Below, piece after piece: positions 56,376 through 64,000 of a stretch of DNA of 64,000 nt. The DNA comes from Anaerolineae bacterium (lineage in GTDB: Bacteria; Chloroflexota; Anaerolineae; Epilineales; Epilineaceae). The notes beneath the pieces are model-generated. The model saw only the letters and a program-made list of their open reading frames with translations. It was not told where the DNA came from and did no database searches. The stretch is taken from the NCBI GenBank assembly GCA_038913135.1, contig JBCLES010000005.1, forward strand, positions 12,216 through 76,215, given 5' to 3'. The translations under genes were made by a program, and so were the position numbers. Position 1 is the first letter of the stretch; each line of letters starts with the position of its first letter.

Positions 56376-58639
56376 GGCGCGGTGGGGGTGCGAGTTCCGA
56401 CCACAGTCGCCGTTCCAACCGTTCTTGATGAGTTCGGGGAGGCGGCGGACTCGCTGGTCGCGTCGGGCGTTGGCTCACGCTCGACGACAAGCCTGGCCAG
56501 AACCCAGCCCTCCAATCCGGTGGCGGCTATCCGAACCTTTAGCCAATCGCCATCCGGGTTGCGTTCCAGAATGAGCATTCGATCCCCGCGCCGAAGGTCG
56601 GATACCTGTGCCGATGAAGTGTCCGGCTCAGACCTGAGCGCAGCCTGAGCGAACTCTACCTCCGCGTCCCACTCCGCTTCCGGGATGACGGTACCGGCAC
56701 CTGCCTCGGTCGTTGCGCCGATACGGATCGGTGCGCGCACTACACCGACCTCATCGCTGGGTGGCGGAGATGTCGAATACGACTCAGGCGTCGGGAGAAC
56801 TCGTAGGACAACCGTGGTGGGAGTTGGGCTCGGCGGTGGCGCCGGCGCGACCGAGACCGGCAGCGGAACTCCTATTGCCGCCAAAGCGCCCTCTCCCGTA
56901 ACTAAGTCGACGCGAAGGCCGTACTCGCCTTCGCTTGAAGGCGCTTTGAAATTGAATGAAGCATCCTCGACCGGCTGAAGCGCTTCCTCGACAACCCGGC
57001 CTTCGGGATCGACGAGCTGCCACCTGAGGAGATAGTCGATCTGGGCCGCTTCGGCCTCACCGGACTCCAAGAAATTCGATACGAGACTCCAGACCCGTGG
57101 ATCTCCCGCAGCGCTAACGCCGTCGAGCGCGAGTCGACCAAGCCGATAGTGAGCTGCGACTTCGAAGGCCGGCGCAAGTCCTTCGGCATCGTTGAGCCAA
57201 ACGACGTGGCGCCTTCGGTTGGCGTCCCAATAGCTGAACCGCCACATTCCTGTCGCCTGATCGCGGCCAAGCTCAGCTGCGCCGATCGCCGGAAGCTCAA
57301 CAGTGGTTTCGACGCCTGGCGAGAGCCTGCGCGGAGCGTCGGAACGAGCCATATCGAGCACGTGCGTCAGGGCCTCGCCGAAGCCGACTCTGACCACTTC
57401 GTCCTCGTACGTGTCACGGCCCCAGACCGGTAAAGCTAGCTGCAGGCGCCGTCGATCCACTTGTTGAAGTGCCCATCGGACCATCGAATCAAGAGTCGTG
57501 ACTTCAATTGGTCTATCGTCGGGGAGTCGAATGCGCACGGAGGCGACCGAGCCCAGACGGCGCCAGTCGACGGCGCCGGGGTCCCAGCTTTCCCCATCGA
57601 AGCGCGGCATCGGGACGACGACCACCAGTTCGATGCCGCGCTCTTGGAGATCTCGGCTCAGCCGGCCGACCATGTCGGCGTATGCTCGAAAGAGGTCGTC
57701 CGGCACGCCCTGATAGTCGAGCACGATCCCGTCGACCCGATCTTCCAACGCGATGCGCACGACCTGCTCGCGGTGTCGGCGCCGAGCTTCGGGCTGGATA
57801 AGCATGTTCGTCACAAGGTCATCCCGAACGCGCGGCCCGTCCATGTCGTCGATAAGCGCCGTTCGGCGGACGGAGATAGGAAGGGGCGGATTTGGCCTGC
57901 GCTCCACTGTCCCCTGATCGTCCGCGAGTCGATAGCTCCTGAGCTCGACGGAAGGCAGCTCAGCGGCTGCGGCCGGCATGCGGGCAGGAGGCGGAAGCAG
58001 TACCGCGCTCACCTCTGTCGCACCGCTTCTGGCCATCGTCACTACGACCGGATCGGGGACGAAATCTCCGAGCGGAAGCAGAATCCGGATCCGATTCGCC
58101 GAAGTGAACTCCGGCGCGAGCCAACGCCAGTGCTCGCCATCCCACCCGTAAGGATCTACGAAAGGTTGGGCGTCAGCCCCGATTGGCAAAGACGCACTGA
58201 GGCGAGCCTCGACTGGCGCAGGGCCGCGCACATCCAATCGGTATGCGACGCTGATGGGCATCTGCCCGGCTGGGAGCGGATCGACGCCTCGCGGAAGGTC
58301 GCTTCGTGTCCAAAGTGAGATTCGGCTCTGGCGCAATATCGCGCGACTAGAGATCTCCAAGCTTGCCGAATCATCGCCGCGCACCGGGATTTGGATGCTC
58401 GCTCCGCTCACCACTCGAGCATGGCCACGAGCCGCTATGCGCCGGACGAGAGAGACGGGCGGTAGAACCAGCGAGGCGATAACGAGAATCGGAAGAGCGA
58501 TCAAAGCGACGCGACGCGCGATTTCAGGATTCTGCAATTTGTTGAAGGCGCTCTCCAAAGCGCCGCGCACGGCGACGATTGCGCTCCCAATGCCACCTGG
58601 AAGACGGCTCAACTCCGGATCGACGCGCTCTTCGCTCAC
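56372..58639 (-). CDS. membrane-anchored envelope protein; central GH18-like region (weak) and C-terminal SH3b-like domain
   Basis: N-terminal [31 protein letters not shown] sits at the position of the GH18 DGxDxDxE motif. C-terminal [38 protein letters not shown] is SH3b-like. Confidence 0.5.
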   Translation of the reverse strand: MSEERVDPELSRLPGGIGSAIVAVRGALESAFNKLQNPEIARRVALIALPILVIASLVLPPVSLVRRIAARGHARVVSGASIQIPVRGDDSASLEISSRAILRQSRISLWTRSDLPRGVDPLPAGQMPISVAYRLDVRGPAPVEARLSASLPIGADAQPFVDPYGWDGEHWRWLAPEFTSANRIRILLPLGDFVPDPVVVTMARSGATEVSAVLLPPPARMPAAAAELPSVELRSYRLADDQGTVERRPNPPLPISVRRTALIDDMDGPRVRDDLVTNMLIQPEARRRHREQVVRIALEDRVDGIVLDYQGVPDDLFRAYADMVGRLSRDLQERGIELVVVVPMPRFDGESWDPGAVDWRRLGSVASVRIRLPDDRPIEVTTLDSMVRWALQQVDRRRLQLALPVWGRDTYEDEVVRVGFGEALTHVLDMARSDAPRRLSPGVETTVELPAIGAAELGRDQATGMWRFSYWDANRRRHVVWLNDAEGLAPAFEVAAHYRLGRLALDGVSAAGDPRVWSLVSNFLESGEAEAAQIDYLLRWQLVDPEGRVVEEALQPVEDASFNFKAPSSEGEYGLRVDLVTGEGALAAIGVPLPVSVAPAPPPSPTPTTVVLRVLPTPESYSTSPPPSDEVGVVRAPIRIGATTEAGAGTVIPEAEWDAEVEFAQAALRSEPDTSSAQVSDLRRGDRMLILERNPDGDWLKVRIAATGLEGWVLARLVVEREPTPDATSESAASPNSSRTVGTATVVGTRTPTAP

Positions 58640-58802
58640 GCAATCACCCTTTTGGTGGAACGAAACGTTGCCCTGTCTCGGCCCAAGTTCGACGAACCCG
58701 CCGAGGCTTCACCGTCGGCCGACGCATACGGCGATCCACCGCACACCTCAATGTCCGAACCAATAGCACTCTCGAGCGCCGCGACGCCTGTGCCGGCCGT
58801 AT

Positions 58803-60110
58803 TCATTGCTTGGCCGCAAGCGCTGCAGCGATCACGCCAACGATCCAGCCGGCGACCACTCGCTTGGGGCCGCTTAGAGAACGCGAAGAACCGTCGGCGC
58901 CCAACATGAGCACGTTGGTCTCACGGTCGCCGAATCCGGCAGGAATTTGGTTGGCGATAACAAGATCGAGGTTCTTCGCTTCAAACTTCCGCCTGGCTTC
59001 CGCCTCAAGATCGTGGGTCTCGGCAGCAAAGCCTACTATGAACGGTCGCAAAGTGTCTGCAGCCCGTGTTCCCATCTCTTCGGCGATGGCGCCGAGAACA
59101 TCCTGCGTCCTTTCGAGCTCGAGAGTCAATCGGTCGCGACCCATCTTCTTGAGTTTGCCAGGGTGCGTGACCGCAGGGGTGAAATCCGCGACGGCGGCCG
59201 CCATGATGATCACATCGGCGGAGCTTGAGGCCTCGAGAACAGCTTCGGCAAGCGATTTGGCGCTTTCGACATCGACGACTTCCACACCGCGAAGCGACGG
59301 CCGATCAACCGGACCGAGCACGAGTACGACATCGGCGCCGGCATCGCGCGCCGCTTCCGCGAGCGCAATCCCCATCCTGCCGGTCGATCGGTTCGAAATG
59401 AAGCGCAGCGGGTCGATCGACTCACGGGTAGGGCCGGCGCTGATAAGAACCGTTCGACCATCGAGCACTCCGCCGCGCGATAGTCTCCAGCGCAGCGCAT
59501 CGACAATCGCTTGAGGCTCCTCCATTCTGCCCAAGCCCATCTTACCCGATGCGAGACGACCTTCGACCGGGCCGACAAAGTAGACGCCGCGTGAATGCAA
59601 GGTTGCGACGTTGGCTTGTGTCGCCGGGTGAGACCACATTTCCGGCTCCATCGCCGGGGCTACGACGAGTGGTGCATTGAGCGCGAGCGCCGTCGTCGTA
59701 AGGGCATCGTCGGCCCTGCCGAGTGCTAGGCGCGCGATCGTGTCTGCCGTCGCGGGCGCGACGAGCATGAGATCAGCTTCGCGCGACAATTGGATGTGGT
59801 CCATGCCCGACGGATCGGCCGGCTTCCAGAGATCGGCCGAAATCGGGCGGTGTGTAATCGCCTGGAAGGCGATCGGGCGGATGAATTCTGCCGCGCTACG
59901 CGTCATAACGACGTCCACCACAGCCTTCGCGCGAACGAGGCGGCTTGTCAAGTCGATGGCTTTGACGGCGGCGATAGAGCCGGTGACGCCAAGGACGATT
60001 GACATCCCCGCGAGCGGATCCGCAATCGGGACCACGGCAGGATCGAGCTCGTCGCCGCGACCAGGGGATGAGTTCCCGCCTGCCTCATCGTCGGCCCCTT
60101 CACGACTCAC
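58803..60110 (-). CDS. coaBC: bifunctional phosphopantothenoylcysteine decarboxylase / phosphopantothenate-cysteine ligase
   Basis: [17 protein letters not shown] (flavoprotein domain), [33 protein letters not shown] (CoaB). GTG 60110 overlaps the coaX stop (GTGA); ATG 60005 is an alternative start. Confidence 0.9.
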   Translation of the reverse strand: MSREGADDEAGGNSSPGRGDELDPAVVPIADPLAGMSIVLGVTGSIAAVKAIDLTSRLVRAKAVVDVVMTRSAAEFIRPIAFQAITHRPISADLWKPADPSGMDHIQLSREADLMLVAPATADTIARLALGRADDALTTTALALNAPLVVAPAMEPEMWSHPATQANVATLHSRGVYFVGPVEGRLASGKMGLGRMEEPQAIVDALRWRLSRGGVLDGRTVLISAGPTRESIDPLRFISNRSTGRMGIALAEAARDAGADVVLVLGPVDRPSLRGVEVVDVESAKSLAEAVLEASSSADVIIMAAAVADFTPAVTHPGKLKKMGRDRLTLELERTQDVLGAIAEEMGTRAADTLRPFIVGFAAETHDLEAEARRKFEAKNLDLVIANQIPAGFGDRETNVLMLGADGSSRSLSGPKRVVAGWIVGVIAAALAAKQ

Positions 60111-60910
60111 TGTGATTCGCGTTCCATTTGAGAGATGAGCCGCAATCCATTGAGGACCAGGCGCGGCTCGATCGCATCGATCCGAGGCACGAGCGGCGCC
60201 AGGGTGCCCGACCATCCACCGGTGGCGACGACCGTTGCACGGCCGTCGTCCTTGGTCTCGAGCTCTCTATCGATCGCCCGAAGCAAGTGGTTGATTGCCG
60301 CGGCATGACCTAGAAGGGCGCCTGAGCGCATGCTTTGGGCGGTCGTCCGACCGATCAACGCTATATCGCCCGGCTCCAGCGCAATTCGAGGCAGCCGAGC
60401 GCCGGCACGGGCGAGCGCATCGGCCGCAATCCCGACGCCGGGCGCTATCGCTCCGCCTATCAGCCGATCGGCAACGTCGACTACGCTGATTGTAGTCGCG
60501 GTGCCGAAGTCGACGACGACGACCGGAGTGCCGAATTGGTCCCGCGCCGCAACGCAAGCTGCCAGACGATCTGGGCCGAGCGAAGTCGCAGGATCGTAAA
60601 CGATTTCCAAGCCGCTCTTGACTCCCGGACTCAGAAGGATCGGCTCGACGCCGAACTCGGAGCGCGCAAGTTCGACCATTACGGCGACGAGTTCCGGCAC
60701 GACGCTTGACAGAACGACGCCGTCGACCTCACGGAACTCATGGCCGTCGCGCTTGAGGAGCGCCCCGAGCAACACGCCGTATTCGTCAGCCGTTCGACGC
60801 CTATCGGTTGAGATACGCCACTCGCCGATCCAGTTCGGGTCGCGCCACAAACCGGCCGTGACGTTGCTGTTGCCGACATCCAAGATCAGGAGCATATCTT
60901 CTCGCGGCAC
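60107..60910 (-). CDS. coaX: type III pantothenate kinase
   Basis: LLILDVGNSNVTAGLW, VVVDFGTATT, and GGWSG near the C-terminus. Confidence 0.88.
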   Translation of the reverse strand: MPREDMLLILDVGNSNVTAGLWRDPNWIGEWRISTDRRRTADEYGVLLGALLKRDGHEFREVDGVVLSSVVPELVAVMVELARSEFGVEPILLSPGVKSGLEIVYDPATSLGPDRLAACVAARDQFGTPVVVVDFGTATTISVVDVADRLIGGAIAPGVGIAADALARAGARLPRIALEPGDIALIGRTTAQSMRSGALLGHAAAINHLLRAIDRELETKDDGRATVVATGGWSGTLAPLVPRIDAIEPRLVLNGLRLISQMERESQ

Positions 60911-60936
60911 GTTCGGAACGACGCCGGATGCAACAA

Positions 60937-60960
60937 GGGCGCGCCGGATGCGGCGCGCCC
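60937..60960 (-). terminator. GC-rich hairpin downstream of tRNA-fMet (candidate intrinsic terminator)
   Basis: GGGCGCGCC (60937-60945), 6-nt loop, GGCGCGCCC (60952-60960): a perfect 9-bp stem. On the minus strand it is followed by TTGTTGCATCC. Confidence 0.45.
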
Positions 60961-60967
60961 AAGTTCA

Positions 60968-61041
60968 GGTAGCGGGGGCAGGACTCGAACCTGCGACCTT
61001 CGGGTTATGAGCCCGACGAGCTGCCTCTGCTCCACCCCGCA
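60968..61041 (-). tRNA. tRNA-fMet (CAT), initiator
   Basis: Minus strand UGCGGGG-UG-GAGC..; anticodon loop CUCAUAA. Three G:C pairs (GGG/CCC) close the anticodon stem and positions 1:72 are unpaired (U.U). T-loop UUCGAGU. The 3' end reads ACC then U. Confidence 0.88.
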
Positions 61042-61101
61042 TCGAGGAACGGGAAGTATACGGGCCGCTAAGGGTTGGTCAAGCTCAGGCAACACGCAGC
61101 C

Positions 61102-61623
61102 TCACGCCATTTTTCGGGAAGCGTTCGGCTCGATGTACTTGCGCCAGCGCTCGTCGCCTTCGCTGATCGCGACGAAGGCCACGGCGACATAACGGGGCGG
61201 GCAAGGGGTTGAGCGGAGCTGCATCCCGGCTTGTGCCGGCGTCCGTCCGCCCTTCCTAAGATTGCAGCGCAGGCAAGCCGCGACGAGATTTTGCCACGTT
61301 CGCCGTCCGCCGTGTGAGCGCGGCACAACATGGTCGATAGTGAGCTCGTTTCGGGCGGTTGACGCTCCGCAATACTGGCAAGCGTAACCGTCCCGAGCGA
61401 GGATCCCGCGACGCGTGACCGGGAATGGGAATCGATACGGCACGCGCACATAGGCCACTAGTCGGATGACAGTCGGACGCGGCAACGAAAGGGATTCGGA
61501 GCTTATCCGACCCTCGCGCGCTTCGATCAGCTGCGCTTTGTCCTTTATCAGCAACACGATCGCACGCCGTTCAGAAACGACGTTCAACGGCGCGAATGAG
61601 GCGTTGAGGACCAGAACCGACAT
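61102..61623 (-). CDS. HNH endonuclease (COG1403-type, widely conserved small form)
   Basis: VLVLNASFAPLNVV... N-terminal domain, then CQYCG....LTIDHVVPRSHGG..TWQNLVAACLRCNLRKG, the HNH/zinc-ribbon motif. Confidence 0.88.
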   Translation of the reverse strand: MSVLVLNASFAPLNVVSERRAIVLLIKDKAQLIEAREGRISSESLSLPRPTVIRLVAYVRVPYRFPFPVTRRGILARDGYACQYCGASTARNELTIDHVVPRSHGGRRTWQNLVAACLRCNLRKGGRTPAQAGMQLRSTPCPPRYVAVAFVAISEGDERWRKYIEPNASRKMA

Positions 61624-61730
61624 CGCTCACGGTCTCCACGATGTAGATAACGCCCTTACGTCCCAAGGGCGTGTACTTCGATGATGACGCGCGAAAGTAT
61701 AGCGTTCTGATCGGGCCGTACAACGAACAA

Positions 61731-61759
61731 CGCCGCCACCAGAAATGCTGGCGGCGGCG
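61731..61759 (-). terminator. hairpin downstream of the last array tRNA (candidate terminator of the tRNA array)
   Basis: 12-bp stem with one A.C mismatch (61731-61742 pairs with 61748-61759), 5-nt loop. On the minus strand it is followed by TTGTTCGTTG. Lies 35 nt past the tRNA-Leu 3' end. Confidence 0.4.
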
Positions 61760-61793
61760 GTCGACTGAGGTGCTCAAAGTAACCGGTGCAGAA

Positions 61794-61880
61794 TGGTGCC
61801 GAGGGTGGGACTCGAACCCACACGGGTATAACCCCACGCGAGTTTGAGTCGCGCGCGTCTGCCAGTTCCGCCACCTCGGC
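61794..61880 (-). tRNA. tRNA-Leu (CAA)
   Basis: GCCGAGG acceptor, anticodon stem CGCGA/UCGCG, loop CUCAAAC, long variable arm (class II), T-loop UUCGAGU. CCA is encoded. Confidence 0.92.
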
Positions 61881-61927
61881 CGATTGTGAATGGCGATCGG
61901 CGCCGCAAGTCCTGCGGCATCGACGTA

Positions 61928-61999
61928 AGCCCACGGGCGGGATTGAACCGCCGACCTCGTTCTTACCAAGAACGCGCTCTACCACTGAGCTACGTGGGC
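61928..61999 (-). tRNA. tRNA-Thr (GGT)
   Basis: GCCCACG-UA-GCUC-AGUGGUA-GAGC; anticodon stem CGUUC/GAACG, loop UUGGUAA; T-loop UUCAAUC. CCA not encoded. Confidence 0.9.
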
Positions 62000-62036
62000 A
62001 GTGCGGTGCTGCCGGATACTCAAAACGGCACCACCA

Positions 62037-62114
<78 letters not shown>

Positions 62115-62157
62115 AAACGCATACGTGACACCCCCCTTGCAGACGTTGGTGTCACAG

Positions 62158-62231
<74 letters not shown>

Positions 62232-62372
62232 TCGAATCTTCGAACACTAAACCGAATAAAGTGGACAAGAGCGAACACAGACTCCGGCTGAGTTTCCAGC
62301 CGAATGGGCACTGGACTTCGACGAGCGTTCCGAATACCGAACTATCTGATGCCAACCGCCGGTCCATCTTAA

Positions 62373-62449
<77 letters not shown>

Positions 62450-62571
62450 TTTTTCCGCTCCGCCTGCATGTAGCTGTGTCGTTCTCAAGCTGTGCCGTAG
62501 TTTAGCCGTGTTGTGTTGTCGTGCCATGAAACTGTGCCGCAAAGATCAGATTGGCGTCGATCCTACGCTTC

Positions 62572-62645
<74 letters not shown>

Positions 62646-62683
62646 ATGCCGCTCTAGGATCCGGTCGCTGTCACGATCTCCGA

Positions 62684-62756
<73 letters not shown>

Positions 62757-62803
62757 GCTACTTCTGCATCACGCACCCTAGTCAAAACCGATGCGTCCGC
62801 GAG

Positions 62804-62877
62804 GGAGACCAACGGGGCTCGAACCCGCGACCTCCTGATCCACAATCAGGTGCTCTGCCAACTGAGCTATGATCTCC
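62804..62877 (-). tRNA. tRNA-His (GTG) with encoded G-1
   Basis: G(-1) precedes the GAGAUCA acceptor and faces C73; anticodon stem CCUGA/UCAGG, loop UUGUGGA; T-loop UUCGAGC. Confidence 0.9.
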
Positions 62878-62883
62878 GCGAAG

Positions 62884-62957
62884 TGGGCGATCCAGGATTT
62901 GAACCTGGGACCTCTCCCTTATCAGGGGAGTGCTCTAACCAACTGAGCTAATCGCCC
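62884..62957 (-). tRNA. tRNA-Ile (GAT)
   Basis: GGGCGAU acceptor; anticodon stem CUCCC/GGGAG, loop CUGAUAA; T-loop UUCAAAU. Lies only 6 nt from tRNA-His. Confidence 0.92.
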
Positions 62958-62968
62958 TAACGCCTAGG

Positions 62969-63041
62969 CTCCACCGACTGGACTCGAACCAGTAACCCTC
63001 CGGTTAACAGCCGGATGCTCTGCCAATTGAGCTACGGTGGA
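62969..63041 (-). tRNA. tRNA-Asn (GTT)
   Basis: UCCACCG acceptor; anticodon stem UCCGG/CCGGA, loop CUGUUAA; discriminator G73; T-loop UUCGAGU. Confidence 0.92.
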
Positions 63042-63084
63042 AGGTGCGTGGCCACGTCGTCTCTGGAACGTGTGGCCACACGAG

Positions 63085-63157
63085 TGCCGAGGCCCAGACT
63101 TGAACTGGGGACTCCCTGATTTTCAGTCAAGTGCTCTACCAACTGAGCTACCTCGGC
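63085..63157 (-). tRNA. tRNA-Phe (GAA)
   Basis: GCCGAGG acceptor; anticodon stem CUUGA/UCAGG, loop CUGAAAA; T-loop UUCAAGU. Confidence 0.92.
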
Positions 63158-63160
63158 CCA

Positions 63161-63231
63161 AGGCCACGGCCGGAATCGAACCGGCGATGAGGGTTTTGCA
63201 GACCCTTGCCTTGCCACTTGGCTACGTGGCC
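63161..63231 (-). tRNA. tRNA-Cys (GCA)
   Basis: GGCCACG acceptor, U73 discriminator, A13.A22-type D-stem; anticodon stem AGGGU/ACCCU, loop CUGCAAA. Lies 3 nt from tRNA-Phe. Confidence 0.92.
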
Positions 63232-63236
63232 GGGAG

Positions 63237-63324
63237 CGGAGAGGGAGGGATTCGAACCCTCGACGGGCTTGCGCCCGCAACGGCTTAGCAGGCCGCTCCA
63301 TTACCAGGCTATGGTAACCTCCCC
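63237..63324 (-). tRNA. tRNA-Ser (GCT)
   Basis: GGGGAGG acceptor (G3.U70), 3-bp D-stem; anticodon stem GCGGC/GCCGU, loop CUGCUAA; 18-nt variable arm (GCGGGC/GCCCGU); T-loop UUCGAAU. Lies 5 nt from tRNA-Cys. Confidence 0.88.
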
Positions 63325-63351
63325 ACGATCTTCTCTTGTTAAGGTCACTGA

Positions 63352-63425
63352 TGGCTGGGGGACAGGGACTCGAACCCCGACCTACTGATCCAGAGTCAGT
63401 TGTACTACCGTTATACTATCCCCCA
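63352..63425 (-). tRNA. tRNA-Gln (CTG)
   Basis: UGGGGGA acceptor (U1:A72), G73; anticodon stem ACUGA/UCAGU, loop CUCUGGA. CCA is encoded. Confidence 0.92.
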
Positions 63426-63456
63426 AAAAAATCGCGGCTAGCCGAAGGTTGGCCGC
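63426..63456 (-). terminator. canonical intrinsic terminator inside the tRNA array (between tRNA-Glu and tRNA-Gln)
   Basis: Minus strand: 10-bp stem (63456-63447 pairs with 63434-63443, two G.U pairs), UUC triloop, then GAU plus a U run (7 T, the last being tRNA-Gln nucleotide 1). Confidence 0.6.
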
Positions 63457-63459
63457 AAG

Positions 63460-63532
63460 TAGCCCCTACGGGATTCGAACCCGTGTCTCCGCCTTGAGAG
63501 GGCGGTATCCTAGGCCTCTAGACGAAGGGGCC
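63460..63532 (-). tRNA. tRNA-Glu (CTC)
   Basis: GGCCCCU-UC-GUCU-AGAGGCCUAGG..., very similar to the E. coli tRNA-Glu scaffold; anticodon stem CCGCC/GGCGG, loop CUCUCAA. Positions 1:72 read G.U. Confidence 0.9.
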
Positions 63533-63575
63533 AAGACCTGACGATCCAACATGTTGGCCCGCGCCAAGGCCGGAG

Positions 63576-63603
63576 ATTCTAATGCGCGACCCGAGAGTGT
63601 CAA
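63576..63603 (-). promoter_or_regulatory. near-consensus sigma-70-type promoter inside the array, upstream of tRNA-Glu
   Basis: Minus strand TTGACA (63603-63598), 16-nt spacer, TAGAAT (63581-63576). A 43-nt leader follows, containing the 12-bp palindrome CCAACATGTTGG, before tRNA-Glu +1. Confidence 0.6.
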
Positions 63604-63623
63604 AGCTGCCGGGTCGCGGCAGG

Positions 63624-63697
63624 TGGCGGCGGTTGGACTTGAACCAACGACCTAGCGATTATGAGCCGCTCGCTCTGACCACCTGAGCTACGCCGCC
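63624..63697 (-). tRNA. tRNA-Met (CAT), elongator type (tRNA-Ile2/lysidine not excluded)
   Basis: GGCGGCG acceptor fully paired; anticodon stem AGCGG/UCGCU, loop CUCAUAA. Lacks the initiator GGG/CCC feature. The 3' end reads ACC then U. Confidence 0.85.
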
Positions 63698-63713
63698 ATG
63701 TGAAGCAATCATA

Positions 63714-63785
63714 TACCCCCGGCAGGACTCGAACCTGCGCACCCGGCTCCGGAGGCCGGTGCTCTATCCTCTGAGCTACGGGGGC
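63714..63785 (-). tRNA. tRNA-Arg (CCG)
   Basis: GCCCCCG acceptor (1:72 reads G.U); anticodon stem CCGGC/GCCGG, loop CUCCGGA; T-loop UUCGAGU. First gene of the array. Confidence 0.9.
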
Positions 63786-64000
63786 GCACCCGGAGGCGAT
63801 GGGATCATACCCCCAATTCTGTCTAGTCCGCCATCTATCTCAGGGCGGACGAACCGCCCCGGCCGGTCCTGGCCTGGCGTGTGTCGCACGCCTTCACCGG
63901 ACCTGCTGCGGCGGGACCGAACGTCGGTTCCGCGAAGCGGAAGCGGTTTGCCCGGCCCACCCGCCTTGCTGCCGTGGTCGCCTCGCCTGCGTGCGGCCGT

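Noticed and set aside
58579-59514. 311-aa plus-strand ORF; likewise 57461-58318, 54012-54998, 22327-22950, 35009-35773, 35900-36703, 2328-3059 and 1577-2677
   Set aside because: All lie opposite strongly supported genes (coaBC, the GH18-like protein, murJ, the C39-TPR lipoprotein, GGPP synthase, fni, smc). All have low-complexity translations typical of GC-rich antisense frames.
63237-63324. Possible tRNA-Sec, because of the long variable arm and the nearby evidence for Sec usage
   Set aside because: The anticodon loop reads CUGCUAA (GCU), the acceptor stem is 7 bp and the D-stem 3 bp. It is a normal class II tRNA-Ser. No UCA-anticodon tRNA is present in the window.
63870-63910. SRP (4.5S) RNA-like motif CAGGUCCGG on the minus strand
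   Set aside because: The conserved continuation GGAAGCAGC and a GNRA-type apical loop are absent. The similarity is limited to 9 nt in GC-rich sequence.

Overview
High-GC bacterial chromosomal window, roughly 62-66% G+C by eye (not computed). It is densely coding, with about 57 protein genes and 18 tRNA genes. I saw no rRNA, CRISPR array, transposase or integrase. Most content is housekeeping. In order: a truncated beta-helix exoprotein, smc, a GT2 glycosyltransferase, moaC, a ThrC-like PLP enzyme, selD, rnc, envelope proteins, a phosphoribosyltransferase operon and a short chrA. Then comes a long minus-strand beta-oxidation/butyrate-type operon (2 enoyl-CoA hydratases, hbd, thiolase, aldehyde dehydrogenase). 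Next are a C39-like/TPR lipoprotein, trmB, murJ, a CBS-domain PLP enzyme, a ParB/Srx-like gene, a DUF59 gene, a 1108-aa repeat exoprotein, the GGPP synthase/IDI-2 pair, an acyl carrier protein, hyuA, a SARP-STAND-TPR regulator, yyaL and rseP with a HEAT-repeat gene. A co-directional string follows: prfA-prmC-GT4-GT9-hldA-hldC-murJ. The window ends with coaX-coaBC, tRNA-fMet, an HNH endonuclease and a 2-kb array of 17 tRNA genes. Points most worth a second look: (1) selD carries an in-frame UGA aligned with the catalytic Cys of E. coli SelD, so it is probably a selenoprotein whose 5' end the ORF track misses. (2) The tRNA array has only C34/G34 anticodons, an internal near-consensus promoter and an internal intrinsic terminator. 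(3) A ParB/Srx-fold gene is translationally coupled to a CBS-type PLP enzyme, possibly a serine kinase/O-phosphoserine route. (4) An ADP-heptose/GT9/MurJ glycan string is present. (5) A large exoprotein is built from at least 8 uncharacterised repeat modules. All functional calls come from motif recognition by eye; no database search was run.
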